DNA of 64,000 nucleotides from an uncultured Planctomycetota bacterium (GTDB lineage: Bacteria > Planctomycetota > Planctomycetia > Isosphaerales > Isosphaeraceae). Positions 8,966-20,896 of this stretch are shown piece after piece. The stretch is from assembly GCA_963823665.1 (NCBI GenBank), contig CAWGMQ010000004.1:2784001-2848000 (forward strand). Reading direction: 5' to 3'. Made by a program: the position numbers and the translations under genes. The notes beneath the pieces are model-generated. The model was not told the DNA's origin. It was given only the letters and a program-made list of their open reading frames with translations, and ran no database searches. How positions within the stretch are numbered: position 1 is the stretch's first letter; each line of letters begins with the position of its first letter.

Positions 8966-10791
8966 GACAGGAAGCCAGGCCAATCATTCCGCTGAAAATC
9001 TGGACGCTCTGTTTGCTAAACGGACTTTCGCGATTGTGGGAAAACGCGCCAGGCAGTGAGAGCAACGCCCGCGCCGCTCGGCGGGAGCCTCGCCCTCCCA
9101 GAATCACGGAACGCCATCTGGCCTGCGCCTTGCTGGTGCTCTGCGCTGTTTCGTCCGACGGCCTCCCCACCACCGCGCACGACCACGACCAAAAACCTCC
9201 TCCGCCGATCGCCTTTCAAGAAGTTGCGGCGCAGTCCGGGGTCAACTTCCAATTCCAGAACGGCTCGCGCGGTAAGCACGACCTCCCCGAAATCATGGGC
9301 GGCGGCGTGGCCCTGTTTGACGCCGACGGAGATGGCCTGCTTGACATCTACCTGTGCGACGGCGGTCCGATCGACGTGTCTCGAGGCAAGCCCGATCCGC
9401 CCTGCCGGCTGTTTCGCAACCGGGGCGAGTGGCGATTTGATGACGTGAGCCGGGAAGCGGCTGCGCCGGGCCCGAGCTATGCGATGGGAGCTGCGGCCGC
9501 GGATTACGACGGGGACGGACGGGTTGACCTGTTTGTCACCGGCTGGCGCGATCAGCGGCTCTATCGCAATCTCGGCGACTGTCGATTTGAGGATGTGACC
9601 GAGCGCGCGGGCTTGAAATCAGGCCTCTGGAGCACGTCCGCGGCATTCGCCGATCTTGACGGCGACGGTGATCTCGACCTGTACGTTGCGAATTATCTGG
9701 ACTACGACGCGAAATCCCCTCCTTTTTGCTCGGCCCCCGACGGCCGGCGAGACTACTGCGGTCCGGAAGATTTCGCTGCACAGCCCGATAGACTGTATCG
9801 TAACAATGGCGACGGAACATTCACGGACGTTTCGATTGCAGCCGGAATCAACGCGGGCGAAGGCCGCGGACTGGGCGTGTTGATTGCTGAGCTGACGGGT
9901 GACAATCGACCCGACATCTACGTCGCCAACGACGGAAGTCCCTGCTGGCTGTTTGCCAACCAAGGCAACTTGAGCTTCAAAGAGATCGGCGAGCGGGCGG
10001 GGGTGGCCCACGACGGGCAGGGGCAGGCCATGGCGGGGATGGGGGTCGCGGCAGGCGACTTGAATGACGACGGACGGTGCGAACTCGTTGTTTCCAACTT
10101 TTTCGATCGTTCAACCGTTGCGTTTGAGCAACTGCCTGGCCAGGCGGCCATTTATCGCGACGTCTCGGCCCGGCTGGGGCTTGCGGCAGCCACTCGTCAC
10201 GTGCTCGGGTTCGGGCTGGCACTCGTCGATTTCGACGGCGACGGCCACAACGACTTGATTCAGGCGAACGGGCACGTGCTGGACCGCGCCCGGCTGGGCA
10301 TTCCGTTCGCGATGCGTCCAACACTGCTGCGAAACATGGGTGGCGCGTTTCAAGATGTTGCCGAAGGAGCCGGTCCGTGGTTCGGACAGCCGGTGCTGGG
10401 GCGCGGGCTAGCGGTGGGCGATCTGGATGGCGATGGCAAGCCCGACGTCGTCGTTAATTGCATCGATGCCCCGGCCGCCCTGTTGCGGAACGCCTGCGAT
10501 GGGAATCATTTCCTGGTTCTGGATATGATCGACAAGGCCGGAAGGCCGGCCGTGGGGGCTCGAGTCGAGGTCAGGGCAGGGGGACGCCGGCAGGTGAAGA
10601 ATGTCGCGGCGGCCGGAAGTTATCTTGCGTCTGCGCCGGCGCGATTGTTTATCGGGCTCGGCCATGCCCAATCGGTGGAACGTATCGACGTGGCGTGGCC
10701 ATGGGGGGTTTCCGAATCGTGGAGATCAGTAGCGGTGCCCGGGCGCGGAGCAGTGCGGATCCGGCAAGGAAGTGGACGCCCCGCGCCGTGA
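8962..10791 (+). CDS. CRTAC1-family (FG-GAP repeats + ASPIC/UnbV) protein; start uncertain
   Basis: Repeated DxDGDGxxDL motifs; GSYLAS...LFIGLG C-terminal domain. Confidence 0.88.
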   Translation: MRQEARPIIPLKIWTLCLLNGLSRLWENAPGSESNARAARREPRPPRITERHLACALLVLCAVSSDGLPTTAHDHDQKPPPPIAFQEVAAQSGVNFQFQNGSRGKHDLPEIMGGGVALFDADGDGLLDIYLCDGGPIDVSRGKPDPPCRLFRNRGEWRFDDVSREAAAPGPSYAMGAAAADYDGDGRVDLFVTGWRDQRLYRNLGDCRFEDVTERAGLKSGLWSTSAAFADLDGDGDLDLYVANYLDYDAKSPPFCSAPDGRRDYCGPEDFAAQPDRLYRNNGDGTFTDVSIAAGINAGEGRGLGVLIAELTGDNRPDIYVANDGSPCWLFANQGNLSFKEIGERAGVAHDGQGQAMAGMGVAAGDLNDDGRCELVVSNFFDRSTVAFEQLPGQAAIYRDVSARLGLAAATRHVLGFGLALVDFDGDGHNDLIQANGHVLDRARLGIPFAMRPTLLRNMGGAFQDVAEGAGPWFGQPVLGRGLAVGDLDGDGKPDVVVNCIDAPAALLRNACDGNHFLVLDMIDKAGRPAVGARVEVRAGGRRQVKNVAAAGSYLASAPARLFIGLGHAQSVERIDVAWPWGVSESWRSVAVPGRGAVRIRQGSGRPAP

Positions 10792-10828
10792 GCATCACGG
10801 TGTCTGTCGCTTCGACAAATTTGAGGAA

Positions 10829-11695
10829 ATGACCCACATGACCGCTACCGAAGCTCTGGATGACCAGACATTGCAATGCATGGAGATCTGGGGCGGGTTC
10901 GAGCCGGTTGAGCGCAACGTATCAACCCCGGGCCTCGATTTGTGGGTTTACTGCCGGCCCTACCATGGCGACCAGCAAGGCGGCGACGTTTACTACGTGA
11001 CGCTTTGTGGCGGAGGAGTGATCACCCGAATGGTGGTCGCTGACGTCTCGGGTCACGGGGCGGCGGTGGCGGAGTTCTCGAAATCGCTACGAGCACTGTT
11101 GCGAAAGAACATCAATCAGAAAAGTCAAAGAAGACTCGTGGAGAGGCTCAACCAGCAGTTTATCGAGATGGCCGGGATGCAGCGGTTCGCGACCGCTCTG
11201 GTGATGACGTATCTTGCTTCTCACGATCGATTGTCCGTGTGCAATGCAGGGCATCCACGTCCGCTCTACTTCCGAGCGAGCGAACGGGCCTGGTCGTTCG
11301 TGTCGGGCCCCGCGAGCCTCGAGAAGGCCGGCGGCAACTTACCGCTGGGCCTGGACGAAGAGAGTGGCTACCAGAACTTCGACGTCGTGCTCGGCCGGGG
11401 TGATCTGCTCGTGTTTTACACGGACGCACTGAGCGAGGCGGCCGATCCGGGGGGCAAGCTACTCGGCGAAGAGGGATTGCTGGCGGCGGCCCGTCGACTG
11501 GACCTCTCGGACCCCCGCCCCGGCGTGATCGGCCCTGCCTTGGTGGAAGCAGTCTCGAGCCACCGCGAACATCGCGCCGCTGAAGACGATGTCACGCTTG
11601 TGGTCATCAACCACAACGCGTCAGCGACACCGCGGTTGTCGCTGGGTGAAAAGGTCGACGTTTATGCCAAGGTCTTCGGGCTGAAAGCGGTTTGA
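10829..11695 (+). CDS. Stand-alone SpoIIE/PP2C-type phosphatase
   Basis: GGDVY, ADVSGHG, NAGHP, YTDALSEA, EDDVT. Confidence 0.88.
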   Translation: MTHMTATEALDDQTLQCMEIWGGFEPVERNVSTPGLDLWVYCRPYHGDQQGGDVYYVTLCGGGVITRMVVADVSGHGAAVAEFSKSLRALLRKNINQKSQRRLVERLNQQFIEMAGMQRFATALVMTYLASHDRLSVCNAGHPRPLYFRASERAWSFVSGPASLEKAGGNLPLGLDEESGYQNFDVVLGRGDLLVFYTDALSEAADPGGKLLGEEGLLAAARRLDLSDPRPGVIGPALVEAVSSHREHRAAEDDVTLVVINHNASATPRLSLGEKVDVYAKVFGLKAV

Positions 11696-11825
11696 CGGAA
11701 TCGGTAAGATCTCCCCTCGTGGGTTCTCGATCGATTAATCTCACTTCCCGGCCATCCGCGGCGCTCGATTCACGGATGGCTTGCCTAAACGACGTGACTG
11801 AGTAGTTGCCTGGGAGTTTCCGATC

Positions 11826-14654
11826 ATGATCGGGTCGAATCTGCGCCGCGTCGGGTTATTCGTGCTGCTATTGAGTGGATACGTCAACGCCCAGGAAAGC
11901 AGCATCCCTCGGCCCGAGCATCCCCGGCCGGATGCCATGCGCAGTCACTGGTCGAATCTCAACGGGCGCTGGGAGTTCCGATTCGACGCCGGGGACCAAG
12001 GGCTCGCCGAGGGCTGGGAGAAGCCGGGCGCGGTGGGATACAACCAGACGATCGTCGTGCCCTTTCCGTGGGAGAGCGAACTTTCGGGAATTCATAAGAT
12101 CAAGGGCGCGCCCAAGGTGGCCTGGTATCGCCGCCGATTCAAAGTGCCTACCAATTTTCCTGCCGGGAATCGCGTCTGGCTCCGCTTTGGAGCCGTTGAC
12201 TGGCGGGCGGACGTCTGGGTGAACGGGAAAAAAGTTGCCGAGCACGATGGGGGTTACACGCCATTCGACGCCGACATCACGGACGCCGTCGACCGGGCGG
12301 ATGAGAACATCGTCGTCGTGCGCGCGTATGACCCGACTGACCCGGCGCTGCCGACTGGAAAGCAAGTCGGTTGGTACACGCCCAGCTCCGGCATCTGGCA
12401 GACGGTATGGCTCGAGGCCCGATCGAAGACTTACATCTCCGAGTTCCGGATCAACACTCGAATCAACCCAGCAGTCGTTCACGTGACGGCGTCGATCACC
12501 GGCTTCGATCGGTCGAAGTACGCTCTTGTCTTCAAGTCAAACGATCCGACTGTAAACTCTGCGTCGTCACCGGCCGTCGGGCCTGTCAACGCGGCCGGAA
12601 AGGGAAGCCAGGCCATCGAGCTTGAAACGACGGTGAAGGACGCGAAACTGTGGACTCCCGAAACCCCGGTGCTGTACGACGGCACCCTCGAGCTCAAGGA
12701 CGAAGCGGGCCACGTGATTGACACGGTCTCCACGTACTTCGGGTTGCGCACCATCAGCCGTGGCCGGTATGGCGATCTACCCTATGAGCGAATTCTGCTG
12801 AATGGGAAGCCGATCTACCTACGGGTGGCGCTCGACCAGTCGTTCAATCCCAAAGGGCTGTACACGGCTCCGAACGACGATTTCTTGAAGCGAGACATGA
12901 TCATCGCCAAGGAGATGGGCCTCAACGGCCTGCGGATTCACATCAAACCGGACGAGCCGCGCCGGCTGTACTGGGCCGATCATTTCGGCATCTTAATTCT
13001 CGAGGACATGCCCAATACGTGGCGGCAGAATGCGCAGGCGCGGCGGGCATGGGAGCAAACGATGCGTGAAACGCTTGCCCGCGATCGCAACCACCCGGCG
13101 ATCATCGCATGGGTTGCCTTCAACGAGACGTGGGGCCTGGGCAAGCCCGAAGACTACAAGAAGGACCAGAGCACCCAGGCCTGGGTCGGCAGCATGGTTC
13201 AGCTCATTCGCGGGCTCGATGGTCACGAACGGTTGGTCGAGGACAATTCTCCCTGCAATTATGATCACATTGCCGAAAACGACTTGAATAGCTGGCATTT
13301 CTATATCGACGACCATGAACAGGCCAGGCGCCACATTGAAGACGTCGTTAGCCAGACGAAGCCCGGCAGCAGTTTCAATTACTGTCCGGGCCAAGCGCAG
13401 ACGAACCTGCCGCTAATCAACTCGGAATATGGGGCGGTCTCAGCCGGAGGTGGCGACCGGGATATCTCATGGGGTTTGCGCGACTTGACGACGCAGCTCC
13501 GCCGCCAGCCGAAGATCCAAGGATTCGTCTACACCGAGCTCAGTGACATCGAATGGGAACACAATGGGCTCGTCAACTACGATCGCAGCCCGAAAGTCTT
13601 CGGTTACGACTCGTGGCTGTCGGACATGCGACCGAATGAGCTCCTGGGTGCAGATTTCATCGGCTACGACGCGCCGCCGGCGATCGTGGGCACACCGGGC
13701 GAGACGATATCCGTGCCGATCTTCGTGAGCCACTTTTCGGAGCGGTCGCACCCGGTGCAGGTGCGGTGGTGGGTCAGCGGGCACGATTCCAGGGCCGATA
13801 TCCGTACCGTGGTTCCACCTACGAGCTTTCCGATTCAATGGCGGCTTTATGATGTGGTCAACCTAGAGCCGCTCAAGATCACTCTGCCTGATTATCCGTT
13901 TGTCGGCGCAATCAATCTGACGTTGCGCGACGAGCAAAACCATCGCTTCGCAGCGAATTTCGTCAATCTGGTGGTAAAGCCCGACGGTCCGCTGCCCCGA
14001 ATCAAGAGGCGTAACGATCACGATGTCACGATACGCTTCGCTCCGGGCGATTTCGCGCGGCAGGAATGGTCTGACCGCGCGAAAGCGCCGGCGGGCAAGG
14101 TCTACGGCCGAGGGAAGGGCTACTTTGAATACCGGATCGAGCTTCCGCCGGCGGTCGTGAAAGCGCATCCTGAATCGTTTTATTACCTCTTCCAGGCTGG
14201 TTCCAAAGCCAAGCGTGAACGAGTCGACTGGCCGGAGCGTGAAAACCGGCAGGATTACCCTCAGACCGACCAGGCTCGGACTTGGTCCTCGACCCTGGCG
14301 ATTCTCTTGAATGGGCGACCCGTTGACCGGATCACGTTGCCGGATGACGCGGCCGACGCGCGGGGTGTCCTGTCGCACCTGGCCAAGGTTGAGCACGGAA
14401 GTCACGGAGAACTGGTCGACGGCATGGTGGTGATCACGGACAGAGACCGCGCTATCCTGGCCGCCGGTGGGCCCATGGTTCTCCGGCTGGCCGTGCCCGA
14501 TGACGCCCCGCACGCCGGAGGGCTTTGCATCTTCGGCGCGACGACCGGTGAAATGCCGCTGGACCCGACCATTGAGGTGCACACACGGGATGCCTTGCCC
14601 GCCGATCTGGCGGTTGATCCCAAGCGATCGCTAGCGATTCCGGCGGGGCCGTAA
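11826..14654 (+). CDS. Glycoside hydrolase family 2, secreted
   Basis: LRFGAVDW, HDGGYTPF, RDRNHPAIIAWVAFNETWG, NSEYG. Confidence 0.9.
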   Translation: MIGSNLRRVGLFVLLLSGYVNAQESSIPRPEHPRPDAMRSHWSNLNGRWEFRFDAGDQGLAEGWEKPGAVGYNQTIVVPFPWESELSGIHKIKGAPKVAWYRRRFKVPTNFPAGNRVWLRFGAVDWRADVWVNGKKVAEHDGGYTPFDADITDAVDRADENIVVVRAYDPTDPALPTGKQVGWYTPSSGIWQTVWLEARSKTYISEFRINTRINPAVVHVTASITGFDRSKYALVFKSNDPTVNSASSPAVGPVNAAGKGSQAIELETTVKDAKLWTPETPVLYDGTLELKDEAGHVIDTVSTYFGLRTISRGRYGDLPYERILLNGKPIYLRVALDQSFNPKGLYTAPNDDFLKRDMIIAKEMGLNGLRIHIKPDEPRRLYWADHFGILILEDMPNTWRQNAQARRAWEQTMRETLARDRNHPAIIAWVAFNETWGLGKPEDYKKDQSTQAWVGSMVQLIRGLDGHERLVEDNSPCNYDHIAENDLNSWHFYIDDHEQARRHIEDVVSQTKPGSSFNYCPGQAQTNLPLINSEYGAVSAGGGDRDISWGLRDLTTQLRRQPKIQGFVYTELSDIEWEHNGLVNYDRSPKVFGYDSWLSDMRPNELLGADFIGYDAPPAIVGTPGETISVPIFVSHFSERSHPVQVRWWVSGHDSRADIRTVVPPTSFPIQWRLYDVVNLEPLKITLPDYPFVGAINLTLRDEQNHRFAANFVNLVVKPDGPLPRIKRRNDHDVTIRFAPGDFARQEWSDRAKAPAGKVYGRGKGYFEYRIELPPAVVKAHPESFYYLFQAGSKAKRERVDWPERENRQDYPQTDQARTWSSTLAILLNGRPVDRITLPDDAADARGVLSHLAKVEHGSHGELVDGMVVITDRDRAILAAGGPMVLRLAVPDDAPHAGGLCIFGATTGEMPLDPTIEVHTRDALPADLAVDPKRSLAIPAGP

Positions 14655-14868
14655 TCATCTCGTTATAGCTCCTTCTCACCGCCGTCTGTGCATTGCTCCA
14701 CCCTCAGTTTCGCGGCCGATCGGATACGAGCCGCCTGTCTTGGTGTAGGGCACGAATCCTTCCGGCGGCGGTCGCGCGTGGGGGGCGGGGTCGGAGACCG
14801 GCGCCCGAGATTGCGGCCTCGCCGCGTTCGGAGAGTGTGCGCAGAGGGCTCGCCGGTGTTGCCCGTCG

Positions 14869-15135
14869 TTACTCGCCGTCTTGGAAGCGCGAGCCGTCTC
14901 CGGTCAGGAGCCAGTGCGGGTGGACTCGAGTCAGCTCGATGAAGCGCAGGATCGAGTGGGCGGGGATCGTGCAGCCGGATTCGTAGTTGTGCAACGTCCG
15001 GAAAGGAATTCCGAGCGCCTCGGCGAGTAGCGGGCCACCGTTCTCGCCGTAGAGCGCGACGCGGATCTCACGGAATCGCACCGCGACATCGGTCTTGATC
15101 GCCTGCCAGTCCGCGTCCGGAGGGATGTCGTCCAA
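14869..15135 (-). CDS. XRE-type helix-turn-helix protein; start uncertain
   Basis: [22 protein letters not shown]...[13 protein letters not shown] at 15135 after gagagg. Confidence 0.75.
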   Translation of the reverse strand: MDDIPPDADWQAIKTDVAVRFREIRVALYGENGGPLLAEALGIPFRTLHNYESGCTIPAHSILRFIELTRVHPHWLLTGDGSRFQDGE

Positions 15136-15669
15136 CTGCAGGCACCTCTCTGTGTGCGCACGGGCGACGAAGCCCGTGGGAAACTCATGGCGATTATGCG
15201 CCAGATTTGCCCGCAATTCCAGAGTGGGGAGCATGGATCGAAGCGCATGCCGTGGAATTTCGAGCCAAGATCGCGCGGGTCTGGAAATTGACCGTCGCCG
15301 TCGGCCGCTCGACGAAGCGTGAACTAGCGTTTGATCAGGGAGTTTCGCTGACGCAGGGAGCTGCTTCAAGCCGGCTTCTGCGAAACACCCAGCTCTGCAG
15401 CGCAGGGGGCAATTGGCTGTTGCTCTCGCATAACAACGCCGGATCGAAATTGTATAACATGAAGTTACATAATGTCTTACGATCAGAGCCATCGGGTTCA
15501 GCGCCACAGCGACCGGTGGGGTTTGCGGCGGACTCGGCGGGACTGGCAGATTGGAAATCCAAATTTCGAGGAATTTTTTGACGCGGAGGATTTGCGATTT
15601 CGGTCCTTGGGGCAGAGTGAAGTGAATTGATGGTAATCAAGAAACCGAAGCAAAGACCGAAAACGCAAA

Positions 15670-16302
15670 TTGAGGTTGAATGACGTGCGGTTCCCACCAC
15701 AGGCGGTGATCGAGGAGCTTTCGGGCCGGATTCAACAAGCTTATGGGCTGCGACGTCCTGACTGGCGCGGCGGGTGCTCCACAGACAGGGTTTGGGGTGC
15801 CGCGGCGGGACGGCTCTGGGCGGCGCATGCGGCGGACCCCACCCGGGTTCCACTGGATGCCGAGCTGTTCGTGGCGTCGCAGCCGATTGCCGTTCCGTTC
15901 GCAGATCCTTGGTCGGAGCTGGCCGGGCCTGAATCCGCGCGGCGCTACCGGTCGACGCTGCGCCGAATTGTGAGACGTCTGCGCGGCGAGTTGAAGCGAG
16001 AAATCGCCCGCGCGGAGCGGTTGATCAAGCGTGGCCGAGATATTCGCGAGGTGCTTGCGACGGCGGGGCGTATTTCTCCGCTGGGTTGCTTCATCGTCGC
16101 CATTCGGGCGGAACGTGAAGAGCTCGCGAACTCATTCGCCGAGGCGGCTGGGGCACAGCACCGCGCATGCCCGCTTTGCCGCGAGGCGAGCGATGCGCTT
16201 CTGGCGAGAGATCATTATCCGGTCGCGACGCCTTTTGCTCCACACGAGCCTCCGCAAGATCTGAAGCCGCGCGTCGACAAACTCTTACTATCGTTAAACT
16301 AA
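15670..16302 (+). CDS. Hypothetical protein
   Basis: 210-aa ORF with protein-like composition, divergent from the HTH gene. Confidence 0.6.
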   Translation: MRLNDVRFPPQAVIEELSGRIQQAYGLRRPDWRGGCSTDRVWGAAAGRLWAAHAADPTRVPLDAELFVASQPIAVPFADPWSELAGPESARRYRSTLRRIVRRLRGELKREIARAERLIKRGRDIREVLATAGRISPLGCFIVAIRAEREELANSFAEAAGAQHRACPLCREASDALLARDHYPVATPFAPHEPPQDLKPRVDKLLLSLN

Positions 16303-16650
16303 TGAACTACGATATTCACTCCTCGACGCGTACATAACTCCTTGCTGGTGGTCGTTCTGCAACGGTCGCCGGGTCGGCGGCGTCACTCTTGGATTCTCCC
16401 GCCCTCATGGGAGCGAAGCTTTCGACGCGCCGCCGATCTTGAATCGGGATTTCGCGCAGCCTCCAGTGCGAGCTGATGCGGCCTTCCGCTGGCTGGGCAT
16501 CAAACTCTCTTCCCCAAAAAGGCGGGGGGTTTGCCGACGTAATTGTCAAGCGCTCAACGAGCGGGTCCCTGCGCGCCGATTTCGTACGTACAACCGCAGC
16601 CGTTCGTTTCATCTCGCCGTTTTGCTTTCTCAAGTTCCAGGAGCTTCCCG

Positions 16651-16956
16651 ATGCGTGCGCGTCGTCAATTTCAACCGATGGTGGATGCATTGTCCTATCG
16701 GATCGCCCCCTCCGGCCTGATTGCCTCGCCGGCATTGTCGCTTTTGCTCAGCCACGAGACTTTCGCGACTCACGCGGTCGCTTCGAGCCACTCGGCCGTC
16801 TTGAGCAAACCGCTGTCCGTGAGCCACTCGGCTGCGTCGACCGCGAGCGGGCCGACCATGTCGGCGGCGGATACCGACATGGCGGAAACGGGCACGCTGG
16901 GGCTAATCCTGGCGGGGCCACCGCCTACAACCGGCGGCGGCACTCTGACGTGCTGA
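16651..16956 (+). CDS. Small protein with LEPRxLL-like planctomycete N-terminal motif
   Basis: caggag RBS then MRARRQFQPMVDALSYRIAPS; Ser/Thr/Ala-rich body, ends GGGTLTC. Confidence 0.6.
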   Translation: MRARRQFQPMVDALSYRIAPSGLIASPALSLLLSHETFATHAVASSHSAVLSKPLSVSHSAASTASGPTMSAADTDMAETGTLGLILAGPPPTTGGGTLTC

Positions 16957-17563
16957 GGTCCAGCAGGGAGTGTCTGATTCGCCAGACGAGAGATCCGGGC
17001 AGTTTGGATTTCATGGCTCTGTCGTGGGTTCGATCTTTTCCGTGAGCAGAGCGGTTGCGTCCACTGGCGTGGCCCGTTCGGTCTCTGTGTCACCCGGCAG
17101 GAATCAGCCAAGATGTCTGTATCGCCACAACAGAGAGCGAATCGTGCTCCAAGGGCGCGAAGTCGCTGTTCAGCAAGCTTTAAAGCGGCAGAAGATTATG
17201 GACCGTCGGGTCGGGATGTCCCATAGTGCTCGACACCTTGCTCCTCTGGACATGCATTTTTGGGCAGACTCGAAGGCAACAGCAGTTATAGAAAGGAATG
17301 CACCGTAGGACCGGAGCAGTGGTTTTACGGGAGTTCGGGCGATATCAGCCCGGCAAGTCAACTCATTTTACCCAATCTACGAACACTTTGGAGAGATCGT
17401 TCCCCTAGATTGCCTTTTTTAGGGTAGAACCCTGTTCCCCCCTGGCTTGCGGACGTTACAATCGATCGTCCAGGATGCTCTGTGCGGGGTTGGATTCCAA
17501 TTCCCGCGTGATGCGAATTGCATCCATCCGGCACAGCAGCATCGGAACAGGGGGGCATCCACC

Positions 17564-18155
17564 ATGACTGAGTTGTCACATCCAGAGCCGGCGCACGACA
17601 TCGGCAGCACCTGGGAAGAAGCGCAGAAGGGAGATCCGATCGCCTGGGAAGCACTGTTCAAGGAGTGTTATCCCAAGGTGCGGCGGGTCGTGCGCCGCAA
17701 GTTGAACCGATCGATGCGGTCGTTGTATGACTCGACCGATTTTGCCAACGACGCCATGGAGCGGCTCGCAGCCAACATCGATCTTGTTGCAGTTCCCCTC
17801 GTTCGGCTCATTAATTGCGTTTCTCGCACAAGTGGCCGAACAGAAGGTCATTGACGAGTATCGCCGTCAACACACCTTGAAGCACGACGTCTCGAGGGAA
17901 CGGCCCCTGTCGGCCAATGATGCGGGGCCGATTCAGGTGCCGTCGCACGATCCCAGCGCCAGTCAGCTTGCGCAGGCGAATGAGTGCCACGAGCGGTTGC
18001 TTGCGCGTGATGACGAGATCGAGCGGGTCATCATCGAGCTGCGGCAGCAGGGTTACACGACGGCGCACATCGCGGAAAAGACCGGTTGGAATGTTCGCAA
18101 GGTGCAGAGGTTCCTCAAAGACCTCCTTGATTCGTTGGATGAGCCCGGAGATTGA
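17564..18155 (+). CDS. ECF sigma factor (frameshift near 17790)
   Basis: GDPIAWEALFKECYPKVRRVVRR...YDSTDF then AEQKVIDEYRR...IAEKTGWNVRKVQRFL. Confidence 0.85.
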
Positions 18156-18157
18156 GA

Positions 18158-20845
18158 ATGAAGTCGCGCCGCGCCTCGGTCCGCATCGAACGGCGGACTG
18201 GATAGCGTGGACAGCGCCGTGCGGATGCTCGAGGATGAGTGGCGAAGACACGGTGACGTCCACTTGGAGAGCTTCTGGGCCGATCAGAACCGAATGGGAG
18301 CGGTCGGCGCTGTCGACTCGCTCGAGGTGCTCGTCGGAGCTCGTCAAGACCGACCTCAGACGGCGGTTTGATGCCGGACAGAGGCCGACGGTTGCGCGAG
18401 TACCTCGATCGGTTTCCCGAGCTGTCGGCTGCAGACAGCCGGGTACTCAGCCTGGTGTACGAGGAATTCTGCCTTTGCGAGGAGCGCGACGGCTGTGCCG
18501 ATGTCGACTCGTTCTGCGACCGCTATCCGGACTGGAAGAGCTCGCTCGAGTCGCAGCTTCGTTATCATCGGCTGATCAGCCAGGCGGCCGGGCCGCACCG
18601 AAGCACTGCCGCGGTTTCCGAAGGCGGGCGAGACGTTCGAGGAGTTTGAGCTGCTGTCGCTTCTGGGCAAAGGGGGGACGTCGCGGGTCTTCCTGGCCCG
18701 GGACCTTTCGCTCGGGGGCAAGCACGTGGCCTTGAAGGTCACGCTTGACCGGGGTCAGGAGCCGAAGATTCAAGGGCCGCTCGAGCATCCCCATATCGTC
18801 CCGGTGAATTCGGTCACGTATCCGGCGGAGGGCGGACTGTGCGGCTTGTCGATGCCTTATCAGCCGGGCCTGCCGCTCGACGAGATCATCAAGCGAGTGA
18901 CAGCCGTCCCGACGGCCGGCCCGGGCACTGGCCTTCTGGAGCTCGCTGTTCGGCGGGCCGAGCGTCGGCGATCAATCCCGGGACTCGGAATTGATCCCGG
19001 CTCTGGACGCCCAGGCTTTCCCGCAAGGCGATGGCTGGAACGGCTTTCCCACCCGCGGCACTTATTCGCAGGGTGCAGCCTGGATCGCGATGGTTCTTGC
19101 CCGGGCCTTGCATTACGCTCACGGGAGACAGATCCATCACCGCGACGTCAAGCCCGCCAATATTCTGCTCACGATCAATCACGGGCCGCAACTGCTCGAC
19201 TTTAACCTGGCCGAGTCGCCGCACTCGGCCGACCACGCGCAGGCGGCCCTGCGAGGCGGCACGTTGCCCTACATGGCACCGGAGCAGATCCGGGCGTTTC
19301 TCAATCCCGAGCTGTGGAGCAACGTGGGGCCGGTGCCGACATCTACTCCCTGGGGTTGGTGCTTCGCGAGCTCTTGACCGGCCAGATGCCCGACCTGCCC
19401 CGAAAGGGGCTGCCGGCGGCCCGCGCGATGAATGACCTGCTCGACCGCAGGCCCCATCTCGACACCGCCGTCCGCGCGATTCAATCCCGCGATTCCACCG
19501 TCGCTCGAAGCGATCGTGGTGAAGTGCCTGGCACTCGATCCCGGTGATCGGTATGCCGACGCGGAGTCGCTTGCGCCACGACCTTGAGCGATTCCTCGAA
19601 TCATCAGCCCCTGCTCGAGGCCGGCAACCCGTCGCGGCGCGAACGGTTGACGTAATTACTGGATGCGACAGCGACGGAGAGTCTCACGCGCAGGGTATCG
19701 TCGCAGCCGGCATACTTGCCATGATGGCGGGGCTTGCGTATCCTGCGAGGGAATGGCTTTGGCCGCGAGAGCCGTCGTCGGTGCTGGAGTTTCAGTCCGC
19801 CGTCACGGCTGTTGAGCAAGGCAATACCAGAGAGGCCGCAGAAACCTTCAAGCGAGTCGTGAAGGACTTTCCGCGGTCGTGCTTGGCCCGCTTTTATCTT
19901 GCCTTCTCTCGTGGACGATACGCGGCAGGGTGAATTTGACGCCAAGCGCTATCTGAGAGAGGCGCTTGGCGGTCGTCGGACGTTGAGAAAACGGTGCTCG
20001 ACTGGTCCGAGGAAGCACCCCGAATTCTGCGCACTTCTCGTTGATTGCGTCGAGCGAGGCATCGCCCGCGCCGACGAGTTCGTGTATAAATACGATAAGG
20101 ATGATCCAGCACGTGAGGTCGAGCTCGATAGCGAGCTTCGTCTGCCAGGTTATGGCGACTTCCGACAGGCTCTCCAGCTCGCGGAGAAGCTCGATCCGAC
20201 GTCGCTGAAGACTCAATATCTTCTCGCCAAGACGGACGCAGTTTTCGGAGACTACCAGACGTCGTACGAACGGACTTCAGCCGTGATCGACTCCCTGTCG
20301 AAGGAGTCGGAGATTAATGCGAGTTTTCTGCTCTTCAGTACGCACCTCCGTGGTCGGGTCGCGTTTCTGCTCGTCGAGCAGCAACGACAACGAGGTGACA
20401 AGATCGACCGAGCAGACCGTGACGCTGCTCGAGCGGGCCGTGCGCGAACTCGAGCATTGCAGCAGGGTATTGAACGCGATTGGCTCTAATTCACCTCATG
20501 TAATGAAAGTCTACCGCGTCGTCCATGACCATTTGAGAGCGACGCTGAATCTGGCCGAAGTTGAGATGGATCTGCAACGTCCGGACGAAGCCGGCTTCCA
20601 ACTCGATTCCTCAACGAAATTGATGACGACGCTCAAGAAGAAGGCTCGCTCTGCTGGGCTGGACGTTTCCGCAGTCAACAGTTTGAATCGCCGGCTCGAA
20701 GAAGCATACGATCGCCACAAGAGAATTCAGGGAATTGCAAGCGCAGCCTCTGAGCCGCTCGCACGCGGAACTCAACGATTTGCTCACGAACGAGCCAAGA
20801 TGGAACAGCCAACCTCGGCTATCGGTCGCTGTCCCATTTCCGTGA
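18158..20845 (+). CDS. Ser/Thr protein kinase with C-terminal helical/TPR region (multiple frameshifts, end approximate)
   Basis: [49 protein letters not shown] spread over several frames. Confidence 0.8.
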
Positions 20846-20896
20846 CCTTGCGAGGTGCTTCCGAGCGCGGCCGGCTATCCGTCCCGAGGACCTTGC

